Below are positions 13,585 to 27,400 of a stretch of DNA of 64,000 nucleotides, piece by piece. Each line of letters begins with the position of its first letter. Within the stretch, counting starts at the first letter, position 1. A model generated the notes under the pieces. That model searched no databases. It saw only the letters and a list, made by a program, of their open reading frames with translations, and had not been told where the DNA came from. Position numbers and translations under genes: made by a program. Source of the stretch: the human T2T-CHM13v2.0 reference genome, Homo sapiens; assembly GCA_009914755.4 (NCBI GenBank), contig CP068257.2, forward strand, positions 704,001 to 768,000, written 5' to 3'.

Positions 13585-15558
13585 CTCTGCACTGTTAACC
13601 GAGGTGATTTAACTCTTGTCTAGGCTGTGCCCACAGGGGGTTTGAGACATGTCTCTGCACTGATCCCGAGGTGATCCAACTGTTGCCTGGTCTCTGCCTA
13701 CTGGGGACATTGTGACATATCTCTGCACTGATCTCCCAGGTGCTGTAATTTTAGTCTAGGCTCTGGCTACACGGCATTGTGACATATCACTGCACTGATC
13801 ACCCAGGTGATATAAATCTTGTCTAGGCTCTGCCTACAATGACCTTGTGACATATCTCTGCACTGATCACTCAGGTGATATAACTCTTCTCTAGGATCTG
13901 ACCACAGGGTGCTTTGTGGCATTTCCCTGCAATGATCACCGAGGTGATATACCACTTGTCAGGGCTCTGCCTACAGGGGCATTGCAACGTATCTCTGCAC
14001 TGATCACCTCGGTCTTGTAACTCTTTTCTAGGATCTGCCCACAGGGTGCCTTGTGACGTATCCCAGCAAGGATTACCCAGGTGATGTACCTCTCATCAAG
14101 GCTCTGCCTACAGGCACATTGCGATGTATCTCTGCACTGATCACCTAGGTCATGTAACTTTTGTCTAGGCTCTGCCTACGATGGCATTGTGACATATCTC
14201 TGCACTAATCATCCAAGTGATGTAACCCTTGTCTAGGATCTGCCTAAATTAACTTTGTGACATAACCCTGTACTGGTCATCCAGGTGATGGGGCTTTTGT
14301 CTAGGCTCTGCCTAAGGGGGCATTGTGACTTATTTCTGCATTGATCACCCAGGTGGCGAACTCTTCTCTTGGATCTGCCTATGGGGGCATTGTGACAAAT
14401 CTCTGCACTGATCACCCAGGTGATGTAACTGTTGTGTAACCTCTGCCTACAGGGGAATTGTGAGAGATCTCGCCACTGATCACCCAAGTGACGTAACCAT
14501 TGTCTAGGCTTTGCGTACAGGGGGCTTTGTGACATACCTTTGCACTGATCACCCAGGTGATGTAACACATCTAAGTTCGGCCTAAAGGAGCTTTGTGACA
14601 TATCTCTGCACTGATCACCTAGGTGATGGAACACTTTTATAAGCACTGCCTACAGGGAATTTTGACAAATCTCTGCACTGATCACCTAGGTGATGTAACT
14701 CTTGTCTACCCTCTGTCCAACGGGGCATTGTGAAATATCTCTGCACTGATCACCCAGGTGATTCAACTCTTGACTAGGATCTGCCTACAGAGGTTATTGT
14801 GAAATATCTCTGCACTGATAAACTAGGTGGTGTAATCCTTATCGAAGCTCTGCCTACAGGGGCGTTTTCACATATCCCTGAAGTGATGACAAAGGTGATG
14901 TAACTCTTGCCTAGGCTTTGCCTACAGGGGACATAGGACATATATCTGCGCTGATCACCCAGGTGATGCAACTCTAGCCTAGGCTTTGCCTACAGGGGAC
15001 ATTGTGACATATCGCTTCAATGATCACCCATGTGATGCAACTCTTGCCTTGGCTTTGACTATAGGGGACATTGTGACATATCTCTGCACTGATCTCCCAG
15101 GTGCTGTAACATTAGTCCAGACTCTGGCTACACGGCATTGTGACATATCACTGCACTAATCAACCAGGTGACATAACTCTTGTCTAGGCCCTGCCTACAG
15201 GGGGCTTGTGACATATCTCTGCACTGATCACCCAGGTGATATAACTCTTCTCTAGGGTCTGCCTACAGGGTGCTTTGCGACATATCCCTGCAATGATCAC
15301 CCAGGTGATCTAACTCTTGTTTAAGCTCTGCCTAAAGGGGCATTGTGACAGATCTCTGCACTGATCACTCAGGTGATGTAACTATTGTCTAGGCTCTGCT
15401 TAAAGGGGCCTTGTCACATACCTCTGCACTGATCACCCAGGTGATGTAACTCTTGTCTAGCCTCTGCTTTCACGGCATATTGTGACATATCTATGCGCTG
15501 ATCACCTTAGTGATGTAACACTTGTGTAGGCTCGGCCTACAGGGGAATATTGACATAT
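13585..15558. repeat. H8: HOR copy, 1974 bp, 29-mer, subtype e.
   Basis: Landmark at 13585. ORFs 14233-14646 ('HHLGDQ', 'RQWLRHLGDQ', 'RNKSQ') and 14774-14971 ('DQRRYMSY'). Confidence 0.9.
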
Positions 15559-17532
15559 CTCTGCACTGTTAACCGAGGTGATTTAACTCTTGTCTAGGCT
15601 GTGCCCACAGGGGGATTGAGACATGTCTCTGCCATGATCCCGAGGTGATCCAACTGTTGCCTGGTCTCTGCCTACTGGGGACATTGTGACATATCTCTGC
15701 ACTGATCTCCCAGGTGCTGTAATTTTAGTCTAGGCTCTGGCTACACGGCATTGTGACATATCACTGCACTGATCACCCAGGAGAGATAAATCTTGTCTAG
15801 GCTCTGCCTACAATGGCCTTGTGACATATCTCTGCACTGATCACCCAGGTGATATAACTCTTCTCTAGGATCTGACCACAGGGTGCTTTGTGGCATTTCC
15901 CTGCAATGATCACCCAGGTGATATACCACTTGCCAAGGCTCTGCCTACAGGGGCATTGCAATGTATCTCTGCACTGATCACCTCGGTCTTGTAACTCTTT
16001 TCTAGGATCTGCCCACAGGGTGCCTTGTGACGTATCCCAGCAAGGATTACCCAGGTGATGTACCTCTCATCAAGGCTCTGCCTACAGGCACATTGCGATG
16101 TATCTCTGCACTGATCACCTAGGTCATGTAACTTTTGTCTGGGCTCTGCCTACGATGGCATTGTGACATATCTCTGCACTAATCATCCAAGTGATGTAAC
16201 CCTTGTCTAGGATCTGCCTAAATTAACTTTGTGACATAACCCTGTACTGATCATCCAGGTGATGGGGCTTTTGTCTAGGCTCTGCCTAAGGGGGCATTGT
16301 GACATATTTCTGCATTGATCACGCAGGTGGCGAACTCTTCTCTTGGATCTGCCTATGGGGGCATTGTGATAAATCTCTGCACTCATCACCCAGGTGATGT
16401 AACTGTTGTGTAACCTCTGCCTACAGGGGAATTGTGAGAGATCTCGCCACTGATCACCCAAGTGATGTAACCATTGTCTAGGCTTTGCGTACAGGGGGCT
16501 TTGTGACATACCTTTGCACTGATCACCCAGGTGATGTAACACATCTAAGTTCGGCCTAAAGGAGCTTTGTGACATATCTCTGCACTGATCACTTAGGTGA
16601 TGGAACACTTTTATAAGCACTGCCTACAGGGAATTTTGACAAATCTCTGCACTGATCACCTAGGTGATGTAATGCTTGTCTACCCTCTGTCCAACGGGGC
16701 ATTGTGAAATATCTCTGCACTGATCACCCAGGTGATTCAACTCTTGACTAGGATCTGCCTACAGAGGTTATTGTGAAATATCTCTGCACTGATAAACTAG
16801 GTGGTGTAATACTTATCGAAGCTCTGCCTACAGGTGCGTTTTCACATATCCCTGAAGTGATGACAAAGGTGATGTAACCCTTGCCTAGGCTTTGCCTACA
16901 GGGGACATAGGACATATATCTGCACTGATCACCCAGGTGATGCAACTCTAGCCTAGGCTTTGCCTACAGGGGACATTGTGACATATCGCTTCAATGATCA
17001 CCCATGTGATGCAACACTTGCCTAGGCTTTGCCTACAGGGGACATTGTGACATATCTCTGCACTGATCTACCAGGTGCTGCAACATTAATCTAGAGTCTG
17101 GCTACACGGCATTGTGACATATCACTGCACTGATCAACCAGGTGATATAACTCTTGTCTAGGTCCTGCCTACAGAGGGCTTGTGACATATCTCTGCACTG
17201 ATCACCCAGGTGATATAACTCTTCTCTAGGATCTGCCTACAGGGTGATTTGCGACATATCCCTGCAATGATAACCCAGGTGATCTAACTCTTGTTTAAGC
17301 TCTGCCTAAAGGGGCATTGTGACAGACCTGTGCACTGATCACTAAGGTGATGTAACTATTGTCTAGGCTCTGCTTAAAGGGGCCTTGTCACATACCTCTG
17401 CACTGATAACCCAGGTGATGTAACTCTTGTCTAGCCTCTGCTTTCACGGCATATTGTGACATATCCATTCGCAGATCACCTTAGTGATGTAACAGTTGTG
17501 TAGGCTCGGCCTACAGGGGAATATTGACATAT
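15559..17532. repeat. H9: HOR copy, 1974 bp, 29-mer, subtype f.
   Basis: Landmark at 15559. ORFs 16207-16620 ('MSAEIYHNAP', 'RHLRDQ') and 16748-16945 ('ASISITPP'). Tail variant 'ccattcgcagatcacc' at ~17466. Confidence 0.9.
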
Positions 17533-19506
17533 CTCTGCACTGTTAACCGAGGTGATTTAACGCTTGTCTGGGCTGTGCCCACAGGGGTATTGAGACATAT
17601 CTCTGCACTGATCCCGAGGTGATCCAACTGTTGCCTGGTCCCTGCCTACTGGGGACATTGTGACATATCTCTGCACTGATCTCCCAGGTGCTGTAACTTT
17701 AGTCTAGGCTCTGGCTACACGGCATTGTGACATATCACTGCACTGATCACCCAGGTGATATAAATCTTGTCTAGGCTCTGCCTACAATGGCCTTGTGACA
17801 TATCTCTGCACTGATCACCCAGGTGATATAACTCTTCTCTAGGATCTGACCACAGGGTGCTTTGTGGCATTTCTCTGCAATGATCACCCAGGTGATATAC
17901 CACTTGCCAAGGCTCTGCCTACAGGGGCATTGCAATGTATCTCTGCACTGATCACCTCGGTCTTGTAACTCTTTTCTAGGATATGCCCACAGGGTGCCTT
18001 GTGACGTATCCCAGCAGGGATTATCCAGGTGATGTACCTCTCATCAAGGCTCTGCCTACAGGCACATTGCGATGTATCTCTGCACTGATCACCTAGGTCA
18101 TGTAACTTTTGTCTAGGCTCTGCCTACGATGGCATTGTGACATATCTCTGCACTAATCATCCAAGTGATGTAACCCTTGTCTAGGATCTGCCTAAATTAA
18201 CTTTGTGACATAACCCTGTACTGATCATCCAGGTGATGGGGCTTTTGTCTAGGCTCTGCCTAAGGGGGCATTGTGACATATTTCTGCATTGATCACCCAG
18301 GTGGCGAACTCTTCTCTTGGATCTGCCTATGGGGGCATTGTGACAAATCTCTGCACTGATCACCCAGGTGATGTAACTGTTGTGTAACCTCTGCCTACAG
18401 GGGAATTGTGAGAGATCTCGCCACTGATCACCCAAGTGATGTAACCATTGTCTAGGCTTTGCGTACAGGGGGCTTTGTGACATACCTTTGCACTGATCAC
18501 CCAGGTGATGTAACACATCTAAGTTCGGCCTAAAGGAGCTTTGTGACATATCTCTGCACTGATCACTTAGGTGATGGAACACTTTTATAAGCACTGCCTA
18601 CAGCGAATTTTGACAAATCTCTGCACTGATCACCTAGGTGATGTAACGCTTGTCTACCCTCTGTCCAACGGGGCATTGTGAAATATCTCTACACTGATCA
18701 CCCAGGTGATTCAACTCTTGAGTAGGATCTGCCTACAGAGGTTATTGTGAAATATCTCTGCACTGATAAACTTGGTGGTGTAATCATTACCGAAGCTGTG
18801 CCTGCAGGGGCGTTTTCACATATCCCTGAAGTGATGACAAAGGTGATGTAACTCTTGCCTAGGCTTTGCCTACAGGGGACATAGGACATATATCTGCACT
18901 GATCACCCAGGTGATGCAACACTAGCCTAGGCTTTGCCTACAGGGGACATTGTGACATATCGCTTCAATGATCACCCATGTGATGCAACTCTTGCCTAGG
19001 CTTTGCCTACAGGGGACATTGTGACATATCTCTGCACTGATCTCCCAGGTGCTGTAACATTAGTCTAGACTCTGGCTACACGGCATTGTGACATATCACT
19101 GCACTGATCAACCAGGTGTTATAACTCTTGTCTAGGCCCTGCCTACAGGGGGCTTGTGACATATCTCTGCACTGATCACCCAGGTGATATAACTCTTCTC
19201 TAGGATCTGCCTACAGGGTGCTTTGCGACATATCCCTGCAATGATCACCCAGGTGATCTAACTCTTGTTTAAGCTCTGCCTAAAGGGGCCTTGTGACAGA
19301 TCTCTGCACTGATCACTCAGGTGATGTAACTATTGTCTAGGCTCTGCTTCAAGGGGCCTTGTCACATACCTCTGCACTGATCACCCAGGTGATGTAACTC
19401 TTTTCTAGCCTCTGCTTTCACGGCATATTGTGACATATCCATGCGCTGATCACCTTAGTGATGTAACACTTGTGTAGGCTCGGCCTACAGGGGAATATTG
19501 ACATAT
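17533..19506. repeat. H10: HOR copy, 1974 bp, 29-mer, subtype g.
   Basis: Landmark at 17533 with 'ttaacgcttgtctgggctg' and 'ggggtattgagacatat'. ORFs 18181-18594 (canonical) and 18698-18922. Confidence 0.9.
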
Positions 19507-22500
19507 CTCTGCACTGTTAACTGAGGTGATTTAACTCTTGTCTAGGCTGTGCCCACAGGGGGATTGAGACATGTCTCTGCACTGATCCCGAGGTGATCCA
19601 ACTGTTGCCTGGTCTCTGCCTACTGGGGACATTGTGACATATCTCTGCACTGATCTCCCAGGTGCTGTAACTTTAGTCTAGGCTCTGGCTACACGGCATT
19701 GTGACATATCACTGCACAGATCACCCAGGTGATATAAATCTTGTCTAGGCTCTGCCTACAATGGCCTTGTGACATATCTCTGCACTGATCACCCATGTGA
19801 TATAACTCTTCTCTAGGATCTGACCACAGGGTGCTTTGTGGCATTTCCCTGCAATGATCACCCAGGTGATATACCACTTGCCAAGGCTCTGCCTACAGGG
19901 GCATTGCAATGTATCTCTGCACTGATCACCTCGGTCTTGTAACTCTTTTCTAGGATCTGCCCACAGGGTGCCTTGTGACGTATCCCAGCAAGGATTACCC
20001 AGGTGATGTACCTCTCATCAAGGCTCTGCCTACAGGCACATTGCGATGTATCTCTGCACTGATCACCTAGGTCATGTAACTTTCGTCTAGGCTCTGCCTA
20101 CGATGGCATTGTGACATATCTCTGCACTAATCATCCAAGTGATGTAACCCTTGTCTAGGATCTGCCTAAATTAACTTTGTGACATAACCCTGTACTGATC
20201 ATCCAGGTGATGGGGCTTTTGTCTAGGCTCTGCCTAAGGGGGTATTGTGACATATTTCTGCATTGATCACCCAGGTGGCGAACTCTTCTCTTGGATCTGC
20301 CTATGGGGGCAATGTGACAAATCTCTGCACTGATCACCCAGGTGATGTAACTGTTGTGTAACCTCTGCCTACAGGGGAATTGTGAGAGATCTCGCCACTG
20401 ATCACCCAAGTGATGTAACCATTGTCTAAGCTTTGCGTACAGGGGGCTTTGTGACATACCTTTGCACTGATCACCCAGGTGATGTAACACATCTAAGTTC
20501 GGCCTAAAGGAGCTTTGTGACATATCTCTGCACTGATCACTTAGGTGATGGAACACTTTTATAAGCACTGCCTACAGGGAATTTTGACAAATCTCTGCAC
20601 TGATCACCTAGGTGATGTAACGCTGGTCTACCCTCTGTCCAACGGGGCATTGTGAAATATCTCTGCACTGATCACCCAGGTGATTCAACTCTTGACTAGG
20701 ATCTGCCTACAGAGGTTATTGTGAAATATCTCTGCACTGATAAACTAGGTGGTGTAATCCTTATCGAAGCTCTGCCTACAGGGGCGTTTTCACATATCCC
20801 TGAAGTGATGACAAAGGTGATGTAACTCTTGCCTAGGCTTTGCCTACAGGGGTCATAGGACATATATCTGCACTGATCACCCAGGTGATGCAACTCTAGC
20901 CTAGGCTTTGCCTACAGGGGACATTGTGACATATCGCTTCAATGATCACCCATGTGATGCAACTCTTGCCTTGGCTTTGCCTACAGGGGACATTGTGACA
21001 TATCTCTGCACTGATCTCCCAGGTGCTGTAACATTAGTCTAGACTCTGGCTACACGGCATTGTGACATATCACTGCACTGATCAACCAGGTGATATAACT
21101 CTTGTCTAGGCCCTGCCTACAGGGGGCTTGTGACATATCTCTGCACTGATCACCCAGGTGATATAACTCTTCTCTAGGATCTGCCTACAGGGTGCTTTGT
21201 GACATATCCCTGCAATGATCACCCAGGTGATCTAACTCTTGTTTAAGCTCTGCCTAAAGGGGCATTTTGACAGATCTCTGCACTGATCACTCAGGTGATG
21301 TAACTATTGTCGAGGCTCTGCTTAAAGGGGCCTTGTCACATACCTCTGCACTGATCACCCAGGTGATGTAACTCTTGTCTAGCCTCTGCTTTCACGGCAT
21401 ATTGTGACATATCCATGCGCTGATCACCTTAGTGATGTAACACTTGTGTAGGCTCGGCCTACAGGGGAATATTGACATATCTCTGCACTGTTAACCGAGG
21501 TGATTTAACTCTTGTCTAGGCTGTGCCCACAGGGGGATTGAGACATGTCTCTGCACTGATCCCGAGGTGATCCAATTGTTTCCTGGTCTCTGCCTACTGG
21601 GGACATTGTGACATATCTCTGCACTGATCTCCCAGGTGCTGTAACTTTAGTCTAGGCTCTGGCTACATGGCATTGTGACATATCACTGCACTGAACACAC
21701 AGGTGATATAAATCTTTTCTAGGCTCTGCCTACAATGGCCTTGTGACATATCTCTGCACTGATCACCCAGGTGATATAACTCTTCTCTAGGATCTGACCA
21801 CAGGGTGCTTTGTGGCATTTCCCTGCAATGATCACCCAGGTGATATACCACTTGCCAAGGCTCTGCCTACAGGGGCATTGCAATGTATCTCTGCTCTGAT
21901 CACCTCGGTCTTGTAACTCTTTTCTAGGATCTGCCCACAGGGTGCCTTGTGACGTATCCCAGCAAGGATTACCCAGGTGATGTACCTCTCATCAAGGCTC
22001 TGCCTACAGGCACATTGCGATGTATCTCTGCACTGATCACCTAGGTCATGTAACTTTCGTCTAGGCTCTGCCTACGATGGCATTGTGACATATCTCTGCA
22101 CTAATCATCCAAGTGATGTAACCCTTGTCTAGGATCTGCCTAAATTAACTTTGTGACATAACCCTGTACTGATCATCCAGGTGATGGGGCTTTTGTCTAG
22201 GCTCTGCCTAAGGGGGCTTTGTGACATATTTCTGCATTGATCACCCAGGTGGCGAACTCTTCTCTTGGATCTGCCTATGGGGGCATTGTGACAAATCTCT
22301 GCACTGATCACCCAGGTGATGTAACTGTTGTGTAACCTCTCCTACAGGGGAATTGTGAGAGATCTCTCCACTGATCACCCAAGTGATGTAACCATTGTCT
22401 AGGCTTTGCGTACAGGGGTCTTTGTGACATACCTTTGCACTGATCACCCAGGTGATGTAACACATCTAAGTTCGGCCTAAAGGAGCTTTGTGACATATCT

Positions 22501-23000
22501 CTGCACTGATCACTTAGGTGATGGAACACTTTTATAAGCACTGCCTACAGGGAATTTTGACAAATCTCTGCACTGATCACCTAGGTGATGTAACGCTTGT
22601 CTACCCTCTGTCCAACGGGGCATTGTGAAATATCTCTGCACTGATCACCCAGGTGATTCAACTCTTGACTAGGATCTGCCTACAGAGGTTATTGTGAAAT
22701 ATCTCTGCACTGATAAACTAGGTGGTGTAATCCTTATCGAAGCTCTGCCTACAGGGGCGTTTTCACATATCCCTGAAGTGATGACAAAGGTGATGTAACT
22801 CTTGCCTAGGCTTTGCCTACAGGGGACATAGGACATATATCTGCACTGATCACCCAGGTGATGCAACTCTAGCCTAGGCTTTGCCTACAGGGGACATTGT
22901 GACATATCGCTTCAGTGATCACCCATGTGATGCAACTCTTGCCTTGGCTTTGCCTACAGGGCACATTGTGACATAACTCTGCACTGATCTCCCAGGTGCT
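19050..23000. repeat. Two-HOR segment (h-i) duplicated at +7,894. Copy 1.
   Basis: H11 and H12 ORFs equal H15 and H16 ORFs. Shared rare variants: 'ttaactgagg', 'ggtgttataact', 'cttcaagggg', 'ctcttttctagcc', and the 1-bp deletion 'acctctcctacagggg'. Confidence 0.8.
19507..21480. repeat. H11: HOR copy, 1974 bp, 29-mer, subtype h.
   Basis: Landmark variant 'ttaactgagg' at 19507. ORFs 19689-19877 ('YHMGDQ', 'WVICAV'), 20155-20568 ('AKLRQWL', 'CHIAPIG', 'SQYPL') and 20696-20893 ('MSYDPCRQ'). Confidence 0.9.
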
Positions 23001-23453
23001 GTAACATTAGTCTAGACTCTGGCTACACGGCATTGTGACATATCACTGCACTGATCAACCAGGTGATATAACTCTTGTCTAGGCCCTGCCTACAGGGGGC
23101 TTGTGACATATCTCTGCACTGATCACCCAGGTGATATAACTCTTCTCTAGGACCTGCCTACAGGGTGCTTTGTGACATATCCCTGCAATGATCACCCAGG
23201 TGATCTAACTCTTGTTTAAGCTCTGCCTAAAGGGGCATTTTGACAGATCTCTGCACTGATCACTCAGGTGATGTAACTATTGTCGAGGCTCTGCTTAAAG
23301 GGGCCTTGTCACATACCTCTGCACTGATCACCCAGGTGATGTAACTCTTGTCTAGCCTCTGCTTTCACGGCATATTGTGACATATCCATGCGCTGATCAC
23401 CTTAGTGATGTAACACTTGTGTAGGCTCGGCATACAGGGGAATATTGACATAT
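21481..23453. repeat. H12: HOR copy, 1973 bp, 29-mer, subtype i.
   Basis: Landmark at 21481. A 1-bp deletion 'acctctcctacagggg' near 22336 splits the long ORF into 22129-22311, 22241-22465 and 22308-22541. 62-aa ORF has 'LEKIYITCVFSAV'. Confidence 0.9.
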
Positions 23454-25426
23454 CTCTGCACTGTTAACCGAGGTGATTTAACTCTTGTCTAGGCTGTGCC
23501 CACAGGGGGATTGAGACATGTCTCTGCACTGATCCCGAGGTGATCCAATTGTTTCCTGGTCTCTGCCTACTGGGGACATTGTGACATATCTCTGCACTGA
23601 TCTCCCAGGTGCTGTAACTTTAGTCTAGGCTCTGGCTACACGGCATTGTGACATATCACTGCACTGAACACCCAGGTGATATAAATCTTTTCTAGGCTCT
23701 GCCTACAATGGCCTTGTGACATATCTCTGCACTGATCACCCAGGTGATATAACTCTTCTCTAGGATCTGACCACAGGGTGCTTTGTGGCATTTCCCTGCA
23801 ATGATCACCCAGGTGATATACCACTTGCCAAGGCTCTGCCTACAGGGGCATTGCAATGTATCTCTGCACTGATCACCTCGGTCTTGTAACTCTTTTCTAG
23901 GATCTGCCCACAGGGTGCCTTGTGACGTATCCCAGCAAGGATTACCCAGGTGATGTACCTCTCATCAAGGCTCTGCCTACAGGCACATTGCGATGTATCT
24001 CTGCACTGATCACCTAGGTCATGTAACTTTCGTCTAGGCTCTGCCTACGATGGCATTGTGACATATCTCTGCACTAATCATCCAAGTGATGTAACCCTTG
24101 TCTAGGATCTGCCTAAATTAACTTTGTGACATAACCCTGTACTGATCATCCAGGTGATGGGGCTTTTGTCTAGGCTCTGCCTAAGGGGGCATTGTGACAT
24201 ATTTCTGCATTGATCACCCAGGTGGCGAACTCTTCTCTTGGATCTGCCTATGGGGGCATTGTGACAAATCTCTGCACTGATCACCCAGGTGATGTAACTG
24301 TTGTGTAACCTCTCCTACAGGGGAATTGTGAGAGATCTCTCCACTGATCACCCAAGTGATGTAACCATTGTCTAGGCTTTGCGTACAGGGGGCTTTGTGA
24401 CATACCTTTGCACTGATCACCCAGGTGATGTAACACATCTAAGTTCGGCCTAAAGGAGCTTTGTGACATATCTCTGCACTGATCACTTAGGTGATGGAAC
24501 ACTTTTATAAGCACTGCCTACTGGGAATTTTGACAAATCTCTGCACTGATCACCTAGGTGATGTAACGCTTGTCTACCCTCTGTCCAACGGGGCATTGTG
24601 AAATATCTCTGCACTGATCACCCAGGTGATTCAACTCTTGACTAGGATCTGCCTACAGAGGTTATTGTGAAATATCTCTGCACTGATAAACTAGGTGGTG
24701 TAATCCTTATCGAAGCTCAGCCTACAGGGGCGTTTTCACATATCCCTGAAGTGATGACAAAGGTGATGTAACTCTTGCCTAGGCTTTGCCTACAGGGGAC
24801 ATAGGACATATATCTGCACTGATCACCCAGGTGATGCAACTCTAGCCTAGGCTTTGCCTACAGGGGACATTGTGACATATCGCTTCAGTGATCACCCATG
24901 TGATGCAACTCTTGCCTTGGCTTTGCCTACAGGGCACATTGTGACATAACTCTGCACTGATCTCCCAGGTGCTGTAACATTAGTCTAGACTCTGGCTACA
25001 CGGCATTGTGACATATCACTGCACTGATCAACCAGGTGATATAACTCTTGTCTAGGCCCTGCCTACAGGGGGCTTGTGACATATCTCTGCACTGATCACC
25101 CAGGTGATATAACTCTTCTCTAGGATCTGCCTACAGGGTGCTTTGTGACATATCCCTGAAATGATCACCCAGGTGATCTAACTCTGGTTTAAGCTCTGCC
25201 TAAAGGGTCATTGTGACAGATCTCTGCACTGATCACTCAGGTGATGTAACTATTGTCTAGGCTCTGCTTCAAGGGGCCTTGTCACATACCTCTGCACTGA
25301 TCACCCAGGTGATGTAACTCTTGTCTAGCCTCTGCTTTCACGGCATATTGTGACATATCCATGCGCTGATCACCTTAGTGATGTAACACTTGTGTAGGCT
25401 CGGCCTACAGGGGAATATTGACATAT
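23454..25426. repeat. H13: HOR copy, 1973 bp, 29-mer, subtype i. Near-twin of H12.
   Basis: Landmark at 23454. Carries the same 1-bp deletion as H12 (near 24309). ORFs 24102-24284, 24214-24438 and 24281-24514 parallel those of H12. Confidence 0.9.
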
Positions 25427-27400
25427 CTCTGCACTGTTAACCGAGGTGATTTAACTCTTGTCTAGGCTGTGCCCACAGGGGTATTGAGACATATCTCTGC
25501 ACTGATCCCGAGGTGATCCAACTGTTGCCTGGTCTCTGCCTACTGGGGACATTGTGACATATCTCTGCACTGATCTCCCAGGTGCTGTAACTTTAGTCTA
25601 GGCTCTGGCTACACGGCATTGTGACATATCACTGCACTGATCACCGAGGTGATATAAATCTTGTCTAGGCTCTGCCTACAATGGCCTTGTGACATATCTC
25701 TGCACTGATCACCCAGGTGATATAACTCTTCTCTAGGATCTGACCACAGGGTGCTTTGTGGCATTTCCCTGCAATGATCACCCAGGTGATATACCACTTG
25801 CCAAGGCTCTGCCTACAGGGGCATTGCAATGTATCTCTGCACTGATCACCTCGGTCTTGTAACTCTTTTCTAGGATCTGCCCACAGGGTGCCTTGTGACG
25901 TATCCCAGCAAGGATTACCCAGGTGATGTACCTCTCATCAAGGCTCTGCCTACAGGCACATTGCGATGTATCTCTGCACTGATCACCTAGGTCATGTAAC
26001 TTTTGTCTAGGCTCTGCCTACGATGGCATTGTGACATATCTCTGCAGTAATCATCCAAGTGATGTAACCCTTGTCTAGGATCTGCCTAAATTAACTTTGT
26101 GACATAACCCTGTACTGATCATCCAGGTGATGGGGCTTTTGTCTAGGCTCTGCCTAAGGGGGCATTGTGACATATTTCGGCATTGATCACCCAGGTGGCG
26201 AACTCTTCTCTTGGATCTGCCTATGGGGGCATTGTGACAAATCTCTGCACTGATCACCCAGGTGATGTAACTGTTGTGTAACCTCTGCCTACAGGGCAAT
26301 GGTGAGAGATCTCGCCACTGATCACCCAAGTGATGTAACCATTGTCTAGGCTTTGCGTACAGGGGGCTTTGTGACATACCTTTGCACTGATCACCCAGGT
26401 GATGTAACACATCTAAGTTCGGCCTAAAGGAGCTTTGTGACATATCTCTGCACTGATCACTTAGGTGATGGAACACTTTTATAAGCACTGCCTACAGGGA
26501 ATTTTGACAAATCTCTGCACTGATCACCTAGGTGATGTAATGCTTGTCTACCCTCTGTCCAACGGGGCATTGTGAAATATCTCTGCACTGATCACCCAGG
26601 TGATTCAACTCTTGACTAGGATCTGCCTACAGAGGTTATTGTGAAATATCTCTGCACTGATAAACTAGGTGGTGTAATACTTATCGAAGCTCTGCCTACA
26701 GGTGCGTTTTCACATATCCCTGAAGTGATGACAAAGGTGATGTAACCCTTGCCTAGGCTTTGCCTACAGGGGACATAGGACATATATCTGCACTGATCAC
26801 CCAGGTGATGCAACTCTAGCCTAGGCTTTGCCTACAGGGGACATTGTGACATATCGCTTCAATGATCACCCATGTGATGCAACACTTGCCTAGGCTTTGC
26901 CTACAGGGGACATTGTGACATATCTCTGCACTGATCTCCCAGGTGCTGTAACATTAGTCTAGACTCTGGCTACACGGCATTGTGACATATCACTGCACTG
27001 ATCAACCAGGTGTTATAACTCTTGTCTAGGCCCTGCCTACAGGGGGCTTGTGACATATCTCTGCACTGATCACCCAGGTGATATAACTCTTCTCTAGGAT
27101 CTGCCTACAGGGTGCTTTGCGACATATCCCTGCAATGATCACCCAGGTGATCTAACTCTTGTTTAAGCTCTGCCTAAAGGGGCCTTGTGACAGATCTCTG
27201 CACTGATCACTCAGGTGATGTAACTATTGTCTAGGCTCTGCTTCAAGGGGCCTTGTCACATACCTCTGCACTGATCACCCAGGTGATGTAACTCTTTTCT
27301 AGCCTCTGCTTTCACGGCATATTGTGACATATCCATGCGCTGATCACCTTAGTGATGTAACACTTGTGTAGGCTCGGCCTACAGGGGAATATTGACATAT
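25427..27400. repeat. H14: HOR copy, 1974 bp, 29-mer, f-like subtype.
   Basis: Landmark at 25427. ORF 26616-26813 ('GKGYITF...ASISITPP') and 'gtaatacttatcgaagctctgcctacaggtgcg' at ~26685, both as in H9. Confidence 0.85.

Larger units (their letters stand above)
3445..17560. repeat. Super-repeat copy 1 (~14.1 kb, seven HORs b-a-c-b-d-e-f plus the H2 tail). Duplicated at +27,424.
   Basis: Landmark positions 3924 through 17533 each map to 31348 through 44957 with a constant offset of 27,424. Subtype-specific variants are shared between the copies. Sampled lines show about 1 mismatch or indel per 100 bp. Confidence 0.85.
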
